In this document: one piece after another, positions 49,773 through 64,000 of the stretch
Layout: each line of letters begins with the position of its first letter
Position numbering within the stretch: the stretch's first letter is position 1
Assembly: GCA_022241605.1 (NCBI GenBank)
Contig: JAKOMQ010000020.1
Location: 9,242-73,241, forward strand
From: Aquimonas sp.
GTDB taxonomy: Bacteria > Pseudomonadota > Gammaproteobacteria > Xanthomonadales > Xanthomonadaceae
Reading direction: 5' to 3'
Length of the DNA stretch: 64,000 nucleotides
Notes under the pieces: generated by a model
What the model saw: only the letters and a program-made list of their open reading frames with translations
The model's database searches: none
Told to the model about the DNA's origin: nothing
Program-made: the position numbers and the translations under genes

Positions 49773-51589
49773 GTCTCGGGCGGCAGTACGGTCTGGGCTT
49801 CTTTGATGGTGGTAAGGCCGGCGGCCACATGTGCGGCGGCCGCGCAGCGCAGGGGGCTCATCCCGCTGTCCATGGCGGCGGCGGTGAAGGCGCCGAGGTC
49901 CATGCCGGGCTTGACCCTGCCCAGCAGGTCGGGGCTGAGCACCAGCATCTCGTACAGGCCGATGCGGCCGAGGTAACCGGTGCTGCGGCATTCCAGGCAG
50001 CCCACCGGCACGCAGCCCAGTGCCGGCTGCGGCAGCGCATGCTTGCCCACCAGACCACGCCAGGCAGGGCCGTCGATGGGCGCCTCGCGCTTGCAGTGCG
50101 GGCACAGGGTGCGGACCAGGCGCTGCGCCAGCACGCCGTTCAGGGTGGACTGGATCAGGTAGTGGGGTACGCCGAGATCCAGCAGTCGGGTGATCGCCGA
50201 GCAAGCGTCATTGGTGTGCAGGGTCGACAGCACCAGATGCCCGGTCAGCGAGGCCTGCACCGCCATCTGCGCGGTTTCCAGATCGCGGATCTCACCGATC
50301 ATGATGATGTCGGGATCCTGCCGCAGCAGGGTGCGCACGCCCGAGGCGAAATCCAGATCGATCGCGCTGTGTACCTGCATCTGGTTGAAGTCGGGCGCGA
50401 TCATCTCGATCGGGTCCTCGACCGTGCAGACGTTCACATCCGGCGTGGCCAATCGTTTCAGCGTGGAATACAGCGTGGTGGTCTTGCCCGAGCCGGTGGG
50501 GCCGGTGACCAGCACGATCCCGTGAGGACGCGAGGTCAGGTCGCTCCAGGCAGTGGACTCCTCGGGCGAGAAGCCCAGCGCCTCGACGGGCTTCAGCGCG
50601 GTGTCGGGGTCGAAGATGCGCATCACGCATTTCTCGCCGAAGGCCGTAGGCATGGTCGACAAACGCATCTCGACCTCGCGGCCGCCGGGCGAGCGGGTCT
50701 TGATGCGGCCGTCCTGCGGGCGGCGCTTCTCGGCCACGTCCATCCGGCCGAGCACCTTGATGCGGCTGACCACGCCGATCATCACCGGGGTCGGCAGCTC
50801 GAACACCTTGTGCAGCACGCCGTCGATGCGGAAGCGCACCCGTGACAGGTCGCGGCGCGGCTCCAGATGGATGTCGGAGGCGCGCTGCTCGTAGGCGTAC
50901 TGCAGCAGCCAGTCGACGATATGGACGATGTGGCGATCGTCGGCGCCGAGCTCGCCGCTGGCGCCCAGCTCCACCAGCTGCTCGAAACTGGGCAGCCCGA
51001 GCTGGGGCTCGTCGTCCTTGGCGTTGTTGGCACGGCGCACCGAGCGGGTGACGCCGAAGAACTCCATGGTGTAGCGATGGATGTCGAGCGGATTCGAGGT
51101 CCGCAGCTCGATTTCGCGGCGCAGGATGTGGCGGATGTCTTCCAGCCAGCGGGTGTCGCAGGGTTCGCTGGTCGCCACGACCACCTTGTCCGGCGTCACC
51201 TCCACCGGCAGGATCCGGAAGCGCTGCGCGTAGGCATGCGAAAACAGCCCGGTCACAGCCGGCACGTCGACCTTGGTGGGGTCGATCCGCAGGTACTCCA
51301 CGCCGCTGGCCTCGGCCAGCCAGGTGGTCAGTCGCTCCAGGCTGAGCTCGGTGCCGGCCTTCTCATGGCTGGCCAGCTTGAGGTTGGCCAGCAGTACCAA
51401 CGGGTGCACTTCGATCTGCGGCTTGCCGGATTTCGCCGCGCCGCGCGCGCGCAGGGCCTCCTTGGGCTCGATCAGTCCGTCCTGCTGCAGCAGGGCCAGC
51501 ACCGCCTCCAGCGCCAGTCGGCCGCGGGGCAGGCGCGGTGCGGGCGCCTCAGGACGTGGAGGAGAAGCGGGTCGGCGGACGTGGCTCAT
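49769..51589 (-). CDS. GspE/PilB family secretion ATPase
   Basis: ASDIHLEP, RPQDGR, Walker A GPTGSGKTTT, LRQDPDIIMIGEIRD, TLHTND, tetra-Cys motif. Confidence 0.93.
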   Translation of the reverse strand: MSHVRRPASPPRPEAPAPRLPRGRLALEAVLALLQQDGLIEPKEALRARGAAKSGKPQIEVHPLVLLANLKLASHEKAGTELSLERLTTWLAEASGVEYLRIDPTKVDVPAVTGLFSHAYAQRFRILPVEVTPDKVVVATSEPCDTRWLEDIRHILRREIELRTSNPLDIHRYTMEFFGVTRSVRRANNAKDDEPQLGLPSFEQLVELGASGELGADDRHIVHIVDWLLQYAYEQRASDIHLEPRRDLSRVRFRIDGVLHKVFELPTPVMIGVVSRIKVLGRMDVAEKRRPQDGRIKTRSPGGREVEMRLSTMPTAFGEKCVMRIFDPDTALKPVEALGFSPEESTAWSDLTSRPHGIVLVTGPTGSGKTTTLYSTLKRLATPDVNVCTVEDPIEMIAPDFNQMQVHSAIDLDFASGVRTLLRQDPDIIMIGEIRDLETAQMAVQASLTGHLVLSTLHTNDACSAITRLLDLGVPHYLIQSTLNGVLAQRLVRTLCPHCKREAPIDGPAWRGLVGKHALPQPALGCVPVGCLECRSTGYLGRIGLYEMLVLSPDLLGRVKPGMDLGAFTAAAMDSGMSPLRCAAAAHVAAGLTTIKEAQTVLPPET

Positions 51590-51678
51590 GCGGGGGTGGC
51601 TTCCTCGCCTGCGGCCCGGCGGGCCGGCAAATGCTGGCCGCTATACTAGCCTGCTTGTCCCTGCCGCCCCGGTGAACC

Positions 51679-52647
51679 ATGACGGCCGACGCCGCGAAAC
51701 TCCTCACGTTCCAGCAGCTGATCCTGCGCCTCAACGACTACTGGGCCCAGCAGGGCTGCGTGCTGATCCAGCCGCTGGATCTGGAGGTCGGCGCCGGCAC
51801 CTTCCACCCCGCGACCTTCCTGCGCGCGCTCGGCCCCGAGCCGTGGAACGCCGCCTATGTGCAGCCCTCGCGCCGCCCCACCGACGGCCGCTACGGCGAG
51901 AACCCGAACCGCCTGCAGCATTACTACCAGTACCAGGTGGTGATGAAGCCCAACCCTGACAACATCGTCGAGCTCTACTTCGACTCACTGAAGGCGCTGG
52001 GCGTCGATCCTCTGGTGCACGACCTGCGCCTGGTCGAAGACAACTGGGAGTCGCCCACTCTGGGCGCCTGGGGCCTGGGCTGGGAGGTCTGGTTGAACGG
52101 CATGGAAGTCACCCAGTTCACCTATTTCCAGCAGGCCGGCGGGCTTGAATGCCGCCCGGTGACCGGCGAGATCACCTACGGGCTTGAGCGCCTGTGCATG
52201 TACCTGCAGAACTGCGACAACGTCTATGACCTGATCTGGACCCATGGGCCCGACGGCACGCCCGTGACCTACGGCGAGGTATTCCTGCAGAACGAGCGCG
52301 AGCAGAGCGCCTACAACTTCGAGCATGCGAATGTCGAAGAACTGTTCCACCGTTTTGACGCCTGCGAGGCCGAGGCCCTGAAGCTGGTCGAGCTCGGTCT
52401 GCCGCTGCCGGCCTACGACCAGGTCTGCAAGGCCAGCCACAGCTTCAACCTGCTCGACGCGCGCCGCGCGATCAGCGTCACCGAGCGCCAGCGCTACATC
52501 CTGCGCGTGCGCAACCTGTCCAAGGCGGTGGCCGAGAGCTACCACGCCCAGCGCGAGAAGCTGGGCTTCCCGGTGCTGAAGGACGAAGCCGAGCGCGCCA
52601 AGCTCGGGCTCGCCCCACTGCACGCCGACGGCAAGGAGGCCGCGTGA
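51679..52647 (+). CDS. glyQ: Glycine--tRNA ligase alpha subunit
   Basis: [44 protein letters not shown]. Confidence 0.98.
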   Translation: MTADAAKLLTFQQLILRLNDYWAQQGCVLIQPLDLEVGAGTFHPATFLRALGPEPWNAAYVQPSRRPTDGRYGENPNRLQHYYQYQVVMKPNPDNIVELYFDSLKALGVDPLVHDLRLVEDNWESPTLGAWGLGWEVWLNGMEVTQFTYFQQAGGLECRPVTGEITYGLERLCMYLQNCDNVYDLIWTHGPDGTPVTYGEVFLQNEREQSAYNFEHANVEELFHRFDACEAEALKLVELGLPLPAYDQVCKASHSFNLLDARRAISVTERQRYILRVRNLSKAVAESYHAQREKLGFPVLKDEAERAKLGLAPLHADGKEAA

Positions 52648-54809
52648 TGAGCACCGCACCGCTGTTGATCGAACTCGGCACCGAAGAGCTGCCGGTCAAG
52701 GCCCTGCCTGAGCTCGCCGCCGCATTTGCTGACGGCGTGGTCGCAGGGCTGGCCAAGCGCGGCGTGGCGCACGGCGCAGCGCGCAGCCTGTACAGCGCGC
52801 GCCGGCTGGCCGTGCTGATCGAAGCCGTGGCCAGCGAGCAGCCCGAGCAGCGCTCGGAAGTGCTAGGCCCCTACCTCAACATCGGCCTCGATGCCGAGGG
52901 CAACCCGACGCCCGCGCTGCGAGGCTTCGCGCAGAAGAACGGCGTCGAGTGGACGGCGCTTGAGCGCGCCACCGACAACAAGGGCGAGCGCTTTGTCGCC
53001 CGCTCGGTCAAGCCCGGCGCCCGCACCGCGGATCTGCTCAATGAGGTGCTGGCCGACACGCTGAAGGCCATGCCGATCCCCAAGCCGATGCGCTGGGGCA
53101 ATCATGACTACGGCTTCGCCCGTCCGGCCCACTGGCTGATCGTGCTGCTGGGCGGCGAGATTGTTGAAGCCTCGACCCTGGGCCTGAAATCCGACCGCAT
53201 GAGCCGCGGCCACCGCTTCCACTACGCCAAGCCCGTGTGGATCGCGGAACCCGGTGACTACATCGACAGCCTGCGCGCCGCCAAGGTGCTGGTCGACGCC
53301 CATGAGCGCCGCGAGCGCATCCGCGCGCTGGTCATTGATGCCGCGAAGGCCGTTGGCGGCGTCGCCCGCATCGACGCCGGCATCCTCGAAGAAGTGCAGT
53401 GCTTGAACGAGTGGCCGCAAGCGATCACCTGCAGCTTCGAGCGCGACTTCCTGCGCGTGCCGCAGGAGGCCCTGATCGCCACCATGGAGGCCAACCAGAA
53501 GTTCTTCCCGGTGCTGGGTGCCGAAGGCCGCCTGACTGAGCACTTCATCGGCATCGCCAATATCGAGTCCAAGGACCCGGCCGAGGTTCGCAAGGGCTAC
53601 GAGCGCGTGATTCGGCCGCGGTTTGCGGATGCCAAGTTCTTCTTCGATGAGGATCTGAAGCAGGGTCTGGCCTCGATGAACGAGGGGCTGAAGACGGTGA
53701 CCTACCAGCAGAAGCTGGGCAGCTACGCCGACAAGGTCACGCGCATCGCAGCCCTCGCGCGTTCGCTGGCGCCGGCTTTCGGTGTCGACGCCGAGCTTGC
53801 CGCGCGCGCCGCGGGTTACTGCAAAGCGGACCTGCAGTCCCGCATGGTCGGCGAGTTCCCGGAGCTGCAGGGCATCGCGGGGCGCTACTACGCGGCCGCT
53901 GCCGGCGAGCCGCTGGAGCTGGCGGCGGCGCTGGACGAGGTCTACATGCCGCGCTTCGCGGGTGATGCGATCGCACCGTCGAAGTTGGGCCAGCTGCTGG
54001 CGGTGGCCGAGCGTCTCGACACGTTGGCGGGTGGGTTTGCGGCGGGGCTGAAGCCGACGGGCAACAAGGATCCGTTTGCGCTGCGACGGAATGCGTTGGG
54101 GTTGGCGCGGACGTTGATTGAGGGTGGTGTGAACCTCGATCTGTGGGATGCGATCGATCAGGCCTGCGCGGAAGCTGCTTTGAGTGTGGTGTCTGCTGTC
54201 GCCAGAAGCAAAATGAAGGCTGTAGCCGATGCCGAAACCAAGGGGGTCGCCGTAAGCGAGGAACAATCCGGGGGCGTGCATCTCGCAAACCATCGTTCTG
54301 ATCTCCGCGATTTCATCTTCGACCGCCTGCGTGGCTACTACGCCGACCAGGGCGTGCCGGCCCAGCAGTTCGAGGCCGTGCTGGAATTGAAGCCCGCCTC
54401 GCTGACCGACTTCGACGCGCGCCTGAAGGCCATCGCCGAATTCGCCCAGCTGCCCGAAGCCGCCGCGCTCGCCGCTGCCAACAAGCGCATCCGCAACATC
54501 CTGCGCAAAAGCGAGGACGCGCTGCCCGAGCAGATCGATCCCGATCTGTTCGAAGGCCACGCTGAAAGCGGTCTGCACGGCGCCATCGACGCTGCCATTG
54601 CCGCTACCGATCCGCTGCTGGCCAATCGCGACTACGTCGGCGTGCTGATGCGGCTGGCGCAGCTACGGCCCAAGGTGGATGGCTTCTTCGAGGCGGTGAT
54701 GGTGATGGCTGACGATCCCAAGGTGCGCGGTAATCGCCTCGCCTTGCTCAAGCGCCTGTCGGATCGTTTCCTCGCTGTTGCGGATGTGTCGCAGTTGGCG
54801 GTGGGGTAG
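52647..54809 (+). CDS. glyS: Glycine--tRNA ligase beta subunit
   Basis: LLIELGTEELP, KPMRWG, RPRFADAKFF, MVGEFPELQG, PTGNKDPFALRR. Confidence 0.97.
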   Translation: MSTAPLLIELGTEELPVKALPELAAAFADGVVAGLAKRGVAHGAARSLYSARRLAVLIEAVASEQPEQRSEVLGPYLNIGLDAEGNPTPALRGFAQKNGVEWTALERATDNKGERFVARSVKPGARTADLLNEVLADTLKAMPIPKPMRWGNHDYGFARPAHWLIVLLGGEIVEASTLGLKSDRMSRGHRFHYAKPVWIAEPGDYIDSLRAAKVLVDAHERRERIRALVIDAAKAVGGVARIDAGILEEVQCLNEWPQAITCSFERDFLRVPQEALIATMEANQKFFPVLGAEGRLTEHFIGIANIESKDPAEVRKGYERVIRPRFADAKFFFDEDLKQGLASMNEGLKTVTYQQKLGSYADKVTRIAALARSLAPAFGVDAELAARAAGYCKADLQSRMVGEFPELQGIAGRYYAAAAGEPLELAAALDEVYMPRFAGDAIAPSKLGQLLAVAERLDTLAGGFAAGLKPTGNKDPFALRRNALGLARTLIEGGVNLDLWDAIDQACAEAALSVVSAVARSKMKAVADAETKGVAVSEEQSGGVHLANHRSDLRDFIFDRLRGYYADQGVPAQQFEAVLELKPASLTDFDARLKAIAEFAQLPEAAALAAANKRIRNILRKSEDALPEQIDPDLFEGHAESGLHGAIDAAIAATDPLLANRDYVGVLMRLAQLRPKVDGFFEAVMVMADDPKVRGNRLALLKRLSDRFLAVADVSQLAVG

Positions 54810-55118
54810 TGGGGGAGTTCATGGGGTGGGCCCTGGCCCACCGGAGCCTGACGCTCGCCTCGGTCGCGTCGCAAGCCGCTGGTGAGCCCCTCTCCCCCCG
54901 GGAGCGGTGCGGGAGCGCTCATTGGCTGCCGGTGGCAGCCGATGGCCACCGGAGCCCGAGCGAAGCCCGTTTCGAGCCCCTCTCCCCCCGGGAGAGGGGT
55001 TGGGGTGAGGGCCGGGCGAAGCATGCGCTCCGAGTCTTGCTGAGCAGAGAATCTCGGCCCTTGATCTGCGCGTTGCTCACCCGTCAGTGCCAGTCGCTCG
55101 CCGCACGAAGCGACGATC

Positions 55119-56517
<1,399 letters not shown>

Positions 56518-56784
56518 GCTCTTGCTTCTCGCTTGGCGCGATGAAGCAAAGACCATCCGAACAGCCAAACAGCCGAGTAGGAATTCTCCACTAGGCTCTG
56601 AGCACACGCTCCGCCCGGCCCCCTCCCCAACCCCTCCCCCGATGGGAGAGGGGCTAGAAGCCGGCTTCGCTCGGGCTCCCGTGGGGATCGGCTGCCACCG
56701 GCAGCCGATAAGCGCCCCCGCACCGCTCCCGATGGGAGAGGGTCGGGAAGCACGCTCCGAGCCGCGCATGCGGCAAAGCCCCCC

Positions 56785-58596
56785 ATGACCGACCGCCTCC
56801 ACGACGCCCTCAAATCCGTCTTCGGCCACAGCCAGTTCCGTGGCCCGCAGCAGGCCATCGTCGAGCATCTGGTCGCCGGCAACGACTGCCTGGTGCTGAT
56901 GCCCACCGGCGGCGGCAAGTCGCTGTGCTACCAGCTGCCGGCTTTGCTGCGCGAGGGTGTGGGCGTGGTGATCTCGCCGCTGATCGCGCTGATGCAGGAC
57001 CAGGTCGAAGCCCTGCGCCAGCTCGGCGTGCGTGCGGCTTTCCTCAATTCCAGTCTTGATGGCGACACCGCCGCCGGCGTCGAGATGGACCTGCTGAACG
57101 GCGATCTGGATCTGCTCTACGTCGCGCCGGAGCGCCTGCTCACCGGCCGCTTCCTGAGCCTGCTCGCGCGGGTCAAGATCGGCCTGTTCGCCATCGACGA
57201 AGCACACTGTGTCTCGCAGTGGGGCCACGACTTCCGCCCTGAATACCGCGAGCTCAACCTGCTGCACGAACGCTGGCCGGAGGTGCCGCGGATCGCGCTG
57301 ACGGCTACGGCCGACCCGCCGACCCAGCGCGAGATCGTCGAGCGGCTGGGCTTGCTGGAGGCCAAGCAGTTCGTCACCAGCTTCGACCGCGCCAACATCC
57401 GCTATCGCATCGCCTACAAGCAGAACGCCAAGCGCCAGCTCAGCGACTTCCTTGATCGCCACCGCGGTGAGACCGGCATCGTCTATGCGATGACCCGCAA
57501 GCGCGTGGAGGAAACCGCCGAGGCACTGCAGCAGCTTGGTCACACCGCCTTGCCCTATCACGCCGGCATCGATGCCTCGATCCGCGCGACCAATTTGCGC
57601 CGCTTCCTGCGCGAGGACGGCATCGTGATGGTGGCGACGATCGCCTTCGGCATGGGCATCGATAAACCTGATGTGCGCTTTGTCGTGCACATCGACCTGC
57701 CGCGCTCGATGGAGGGCTACTACCAGGAGACCGGCCGCGCCGGCCGCGACGGGGCGCCGGCCGAGGCCTGGCTGCTCTACGGCCTGGGCGACGTGGTCAA
57801 CCAGGCGCAGATGATCGAGCGCTCGGAATCCTCGGACGAGCGCAAGCGCGTGGAGCGCCGCAAGCTCGATCAGCTGCTGGGCTTCTGCGAGTCGGTGCGC
57901 TGCCGGCGGCAGGTGCTGCTGGAGGGTTTCGGCGAGGTGTATCCCAAGCCCTGCGGCAACTGCGACAACTGCCTGGAGCCGGCTGACACCTGGGACGGTT
58001 CGGTCGCCGTACAAAAGGCGCTGTCGTGCATCTACCGCACCGGCCAGCGCTTCGGCGTGGTGCATCTGATCGACGTGCTGCGCGGTGCCGACAATGAGCG
58101 CATCCGCCAGCACGGCCATGACCGTCTCAGTGTGTATGGCCTTGGCCGTGATTTTGATGAGTCAACCTGGCGCAGCGTGTACCGGCAGATTCTGGCCGGC
58201 GGGCTGGCGGTGATCGACATCGATGGCTATGGCGCCCTGCGCCTGACCGAGGCCAGCCGCACGGTGCTGCGCGGAGAGCAGCCGGTGCGGCTGCGGCGCG
58301 ATCCTGAAGTCATCAAGGGCAAACGCGGGGCCAAGCCGGGCGGGGCGCGCAAGGCGGCGATCGAGTTTGCCGACCCCGACGTCGAGAGCCGCTTCCTCGC
58401 CCTGCGCGAGCTGCGCGCGCGGCTGGCCCGCGAGCAGAACGTGCCGGCTTACGTGATCTTCCATGACAGCACCCTGGCCGCAATCGCCGAGGCCGACCCG
58501 CATGACCTCGACGAGCTGATCGAGATTCCCGGTCTCGGTGCGCGCAAGCTGGAGCGCTACGGCGACGAGGTGCTGGAGGCGCTGGCAGGGCTTTAG
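56785..58596 (+). CDS. recQ: ATP-dependent DNA helicase RecQ
   Basis: [50 protein letters not shown] motif VPAYVIFHD. Confidence 0.97.
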   Translation: MTDRLHDALKSVFGHSQFRGPQQAIVEHLVAGNDCLVLMPTGGGKSLCYQLPALLREGVGVVISPLIALMQDQVEALRQLGVRAAFLNSSLDGDTAAGVEMDLLNGDLDLLYVAPERLLTGRFLSLLARVKIGLFAIDEAHCVSQWGHDFRPEYRELNLLHERWPEVPRIALTATADPPTQREIVERLGLLEAKQFVTSFDRANIRYRIAYKQNAKRQLSDFLDRHRGETGIVYAMTRKRVEETAEALQQLGHTALPYHAGIDASIRATNLRRFLREDGIVMVATIAFGMGIDKPDVRFVVHIDLPRSMEGYYQETGRAGRDGAPAEAWLLYGLGDVVNQAQMIERSESSDERKRVERRKLDQLLGFCESVRCRRQVLLEGFGEVYPKPCGNCDNCLEPADTWDGSVAVQKALSCIYRTGQRFGVVHLIDVLRGADNERIRQHGHDRLSVYGLGRDFDESTWRSVYRQILAGGLAVIDIDGYGALRLTEASRTVLRGEQPVRLRRDPEVIKGKRGAKPGGARKAAIEFADPDVESRFLALRELRARLAREQNVPAYVIFHDSTLAAIAEADPHDLDELIEIPGLGARKLERYGDEVLEALAGL

Positions 58597-58751
58597 TGCA
58601 GTGATTCGCACTTGAGCGAACGTATCTGCGGTGCCTTTTCGCGGCTGACACCGTTCCTCCTCGCCATAGCGCTGCCATGACTCGTGGTCGCGCCTTGCCA
58701 GCCACACAAATCCGCTCGAAGCTGCCGTCCGCCAGGTACGAATCACTGCAC
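58596..58751. mobile_element. MITE-like element family 2 (~156 bp) at the recQ stop codon
   Basis: TA-GTGCAGTGATTCGCACTTG ... CAGGTACGAATCACTGCAC-TA: ~19-bp inverted ends flanked by TA. Confidence 0.65.
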
Positions 58752-58865
58752 TAGCCCGGCCGAGCAGCCACGCGCGAAAGTGCTCGGGTTATCGTGATGC
58801 GGTGCTGATCTGCGGCGCAGCGACGATGCGAAAGACGCGGCGGATCATCGCTCTGCAACGCATGG

Positions 58866-59639
58866 CTAACGTGCCAGTGCCCCGAACAGTTCGATGGCAT
58901 TGCGGCGCGTGGCCTCGGCCACGTCGTCAGCCGTCTCACCTCGCAGCGCCGCCACGCAGGCGGCGACTTCGCGCACGCGGGCGGGGTGATTGCGCTGGCC
59001 GCGCCAGGCCATCAGCGGCTGGTCCGGCGCGTCCGACTCCAGCAGCAGGTGTTCGATCGGCATTTCCGCCACCAGCGCGCGCAGCCGTTGGGCGCGCGGG
59101 TAGGTGACCGGCCCGCCGATGCCCAGCGAAAACCCGAGATCAAACAGCTGGCGGGCCTGCTCCGCGCTGCCCGCATAGCTGTGCACCACCCCGCGCAGCT
59201 GGCCGCGGTAGCGTTTGAGCGCAATCAGGGTGGCCTCGACCGCGCGGCGCGCGTGCAGGATCACCGGCAGGCCAGCCTCGGCGGCGATCGCCAGCTGGGC
59301 CTCGAAGTAGTGCTGCTCCTCGGCCGGGTCCAGCGACTCCACGTAGAAATCCAGCCCGAACTCGCCCACCGCGACCGGCTGCTCGCGCTGCACCCAGGTG
59401 CGCAGCAGGTCGAGATGTTCGCGCCGGTGCTCGGCCAGGAACATCGGATGCAGCCCGTAGGCTGGATGCAGGTCCGGCTCGGCGGCGCAAAGTGCGCGCA
59501 GCGCGGGCCAGTTGGCGGCGGTCACCGCCGGGATCACCTGCGCCTCGACGCCGCAGGCGCGCGCCTCGGCCAGCACTGCCGCGCGGTCGGCGTCGAACTC
59601 CGGCGCGTCCAGGTGGCAGTGGCTGTCGATCAGGCGCAT
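58866..59639 (-). CDS. tatD: TatD family metal-dependent DNase
   Basis: IDSHCHL, GLHP, VGEFGLD, LHAR, HSYAG, LESDAP. Confidence 0.92.
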   Translation of the reverse strand: MRLIDSHCHLDAPEFDADRAAVLAEARACGVEAQVIPAVTAANWPALRALCAAEPDLHPAYGLHPMFLAEHRREHLDLLRTWVQREQPVAVGEFGLDFYVESLDPAEEQHYFEAQLAIAAEAGLPVILHARRAVEATLIALKRYRGQLRGVVHSYAGSAEQARQLFDLGFSLGIGGPVTYPRAQRLRALVAEMPIEHLLLESDAPDQPLMAWRGQRNHPARVREVAACVAALRGETADDVAEATRRNAIELFGALAR

Positions 59640-59644
59640 GCGCG

Positions 59645-59911
59645 CTATTTGCGCTCGACGCGTTCGGACTCGCCCTCGATTGGCGGGCGCTGTCCGTCGC
59701 TGTGCTTGCCCCTTGCCTTGCGCTCGCTGCGCTGCTTCTTCCAGCTGGCCAGCAGCAGGGTGGACAGGCCGAGCACGATCTCATCGATGAACGGCAGGGG
59801 ATCGGGCACCAGCAGGGTGAGCACAAAGAGCAGCCCGGTCAGCACGGCCAGCTGTGGAAAGCGCAGGCGCTCTAGGCGGCGGCGCAGGAAGGCGGGAAGG
59901 AAGCGGGGCAT
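59645..59911 (-). CDS. Small membrane protein (DUF6116-like)
   Basis: LRFPQL...hydrophobic...PDPLPFIDEI motif; abuts tatD. Confidence 0.75.
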   Translation of the reverse strand: MPRFLPAFLRRRLERLRFPQLAVLTGLLFVLTLLVPDPLPFIDEIVLGLSTLLLASWKKQRSERKARGKHSDGQRPPIEGESERVERK

Positions 59912-60021
59912 GGCGATCCAGTATTCGGGGAGTCAGGGATTCGAGGCTCTGCAGGGTAGCGCGGCGCGGGGCCAGCGGCAGCTGCCATGCGCTCGCATTT
60001 GGCGCCGGGTGAAGCCTCTGA

Positions 60022-60196
60022 GAGCATGTGAGAACCATTCGCCTGCTGCGGCCGCCGCTGGACGCTCGTGGCGGCAGCGCGCTACGCGAATCCTGCGGTC
60101 ACTGCTTCTTCGGACTTCATCGTATTCACGTACCGCGCTTTGCCACGAACGTCCAGCGTCGCCCTCGCTACGGCGTCTGGGTTTTTTCACACGCGC
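60022..60196. mobile_element. MITE-like element family 1, copy 2 (175 bp)
   Basis: TGA-GAGCATGTGAGAA ... TTTTCACACGCGC-TGA; ~60 bp identical to copy 1, with a divergent central segment. Confidence 0.75.
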
Positions 60197-60312
60197 TGAG
60201 CGCTGCGGTGCGCGGGGTGCCTCGGTGCTCGTGGCCAGCCTCACAACGCGACAGGCCCGCACATGGCGGGCCTGTCGTGCTGCGATGGCGGAGCCGTCAG
60301 CCCCGCTTTGGG

Positions 60313-61638
60313 TCAGCGCGCGCGCTCACCGCCCTGGGCGCGGCGGGGCTGGCTGGCGCTGGGGCTGGAGGGTTTGGCTGTGCCACCGCTGCCGGGGCGA
60401 CCGCCGCCAGGGCGGCCACCGCCGGGGCGACCGCTGCTGCCGCGCCGCTGCTGCGGACGTGCGCTGCCGGCGGGCCGCGGCAGCGGGCCACCCAAGCGCA
60501 GCGCCTGCGCCGGCTCGAAGCCCGGCACAGTCTGCTGGGGAATCTCGCGGCCGATCAGGCGATGGATGTCGCGGAGCTGGCCGGCCTCGTCCTGGCTGAC
60601 CAGGGAGATGGCATGGCCGGTGCTGCCGTTGCGGCCGGTGCGGCCGATGCGGTGCACGTAATCCTCGGCCACCATCGGCAGGTCGAAGTTGATCACCGTC
60701 GGCAGCTGGTCGATATCGATGCCGCGGGCGGCGATGTCGGTGGCCACGAGGGTAGTGATGCGGCCGGACTTGAAGTCGCCCAGCGCCTTGGTGCGGGCGC
60801 CCTGGCTCTTGTTGCCGTGGATGGCGGCGGCGCGATGGCCGGCGGCCTCGAGCTGACGCACCAGGCGGTCAGCGCCGTGCTTGGTGCGGCTGAACACGAG
60901 CGTCTGGCGGCGGCTGTCTTCGCTGAGCACGTGCAGCAGCAGATCGCGCTTGCGCGCGCTCTCCACCGGGTAGACCACGTGCTCGATCATCGCCACCGTG
61001 CTGTTGCGCGTCTCGACCTGGATCTCGACTGGATCATTCAGGAACTGCTGCGCCAGCTCGCGGATGGGCTCAGCGAAGGTGGCCGAGAACAGCAGGCTCT
61101 GGCGCTTGGTCGGCAACTTCGCAAGGATGCGGCGGATGGCCGGTAGGAAGCCCATGTCGAGCATGCGGTCGGCCTCGTCCAGCACCAGCACTTCGACCTG
61201 CGACAGATCGATCGTGCCCTGGCCGAGATGGTCGATCAGGCGGCCCGGCGTAGCGACCAGGATGTCGACGCCGCGGCGCAGGGCTTCGACCTGCGGCATC
61301 ATGCCGACGCCGCCGAATACGGTGGTGGAGCGGATGCGCAGCTGCTTGCCGTACTCGCGCACGCTCTCCTGGACCTGCGCGGCGAGTTCACGGGTGGGGG
61401 TCAGCACCAGCGCACGCGGGCGCTTGGACTGGGCCGGGGTGCCGGCGGCCAGGCGCTGCAGCAAGGGCAGCGCAAACGCGGCGGTCTTGCCGGTGCCGGT
61501 CTGGGCGCCGGCGAGCACATCGCGGCCTTCCAGCACGTGCGGGATGGCCTGCTGCTGGATTTCGGTGGGCTGGGTGTAGCCGAGGTCGGCGAGTGCACGC
61601 AGCAGCGGGCTGGACAGCCCGAGGGTTTCAAAGCTCAT
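60313..61638 (-). CDS. rhlE: DEAD-box RNA helicase RhlE
   Basis: Q-motif, [36 protein letters not shown], basic Gly/Arg tail; start MSFETLGL. Confidence 0.92.
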   Translation of the reverse strand: MSFETLGLSSPLLRALADLGYTQPTEIQQQAIPHVLEGRDVLAGAQTGTGKTAAFALPLLQRLAAGTPAQSKRPRALVLTPTRELAAQVQESVREYGKQLRIRSTTVFGGVGMMPQVEALRRGVDILVATPGRLIDHLGQGTIDLSQVEVLVLDEADRMLDMGFLPAIRRILAKLPTKRQSLLFSATFAEPIRELAQQFLNDPVEIQVETRNSTVAMIEHVVYPVESARKRDLLLHVLSEDSRRQTLVFSRTKHGADRLVRQLEAAGHRAAAIHGNKSQGARTKALGDFKSGRITTLVATDIAARGIDIDQLPTVINFDLPMVAEDYVHRIGRTGRNGSTGHAISLVSQDEAGQLRDIHRLIGREIPQQTVPGFEPAQALRLGGPLPRPAGSARPQQRRGSSGRPGGGRPGGGRPGSGGTAKPSSPSASQPRRAQGGERAR

Positions 61639-61917
61639 GGGGGATTTCCGATGGGGCTGGCCCCTGCGCTCCCTGAAACCGCGCGAAAGGCCTGAAGGTG
61701 GCGGCGGGCCGCCAGCGGAACCGGGCGCGCAGTGGCGCCGGGTGGCTCGGAGCAAAGCAGGGCGTCGGTGGCGGGTCGCACCGCGGCGTAGGGCCGGGTA
61801 AAGGTGCAAGGCCTGGGGAGGGCGCGCAGGGCGCTCCGGAGCGACGCGCACACTACAGCAAAGCGCAGCCGCGGTCACCTGCGGCGTGCAACTGGGTTCA
61901 GTCAGGGGCTGAGGCTG

Positions 61918-62324
61918 TCACGCCTCGCAGGCGCGAAGCACGAAATCCGGCAGTGCCATGGAGCTGCCGTCGCGCCTGACCCAAACCAACACGGTGTTGC
62001 CATCGGCGTACAGCAGTTCTGGCTGGGCGGCGCTTTCAATGCGGTGGCTGAGCGTGAGGCTCTTGCCGCCCACGCGCTCGGCGGCCATCCGGATGCGCAG
62101 GCGTTCCGGCCATCCGATCGGGCGCCGGTAGTTCATCTGCGCGGCGGCCAGGATCGGCGCGCAGTCGGGATCGGCCCAGTCGGGGCTGATCTGCTTGAAC
62201 CACAGCACGCGCGCTTCCTCGATGTAGCGCAGGTAGCTCGCGTTGTTGACGTGGTTGAAAGCGTCCATGTCGCCCCAGCGCACGTCCATTTCAACCTCGA
62301 ACACGGTCTTCATGTCGCGCTCGC

Positions 62325-62328
<4 letters not shown>
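61918..62328 (-). CDS. Acyl-CoA thioesterase (4HBT/YbgC family)
   Basis: [25 protein letters not shown]. Confidence 0.92.

Positions 62329-64000
<1,672 letters not shown>

Noticed and set aside
49769-51589. GspE/PilB ATPase as the dedicated exporter of the five-gene cluster
   Set aside because: It is 10 kb away in what looks like the usual tat-glyQS housekeeping neighbourhood, with no other T2SS/T4P genes; nothing ties it to the cluster

Overview
GC-rich bacterial chromosome segment, most likely Xanthomonadales (inferred from gene order and repeat families). The backbone is housekeeping: rnr (partial), tRNA-Leu(CAG), metY-metX-hom, pip, asnB, hemH, tatABC, a GspE/PilB-type ATPase, glyQS, recQ, tatD, rhlE and uvrA (partial). 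The standout is a ~27 kb, five-gene co-directional cluster of exported proteins (about 11.8-39.0 kb). It encodes (1) a ~4,500-aa DUF11/Ig-repeat protein with beta-propellers nested inside the Ig domains, (2) a PpiC/SurA-like foldase, (3) an unknown secreted protein with a His-rich motif, (4) a ~2,800-aa secreted protein whose C-terminal part resembles the channel region of Tc-toxin A subunits, with no TcB/TcC in the window, and (5) a Calx-beta/propeller protein ending in an IFxxGFE motif. A near-consensus CRP/Clp site lies upstream. Intergenic DNA carries REP-like motifs, two MITE-like families inserted at TGA/TA sites, VNTRs, and a 2 kb nested inverted-repeat block between glyS and recQ that is spanned by one open frame overlapping both neighbours. 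All family assignments come from motif recognition by eye; no database search was run.
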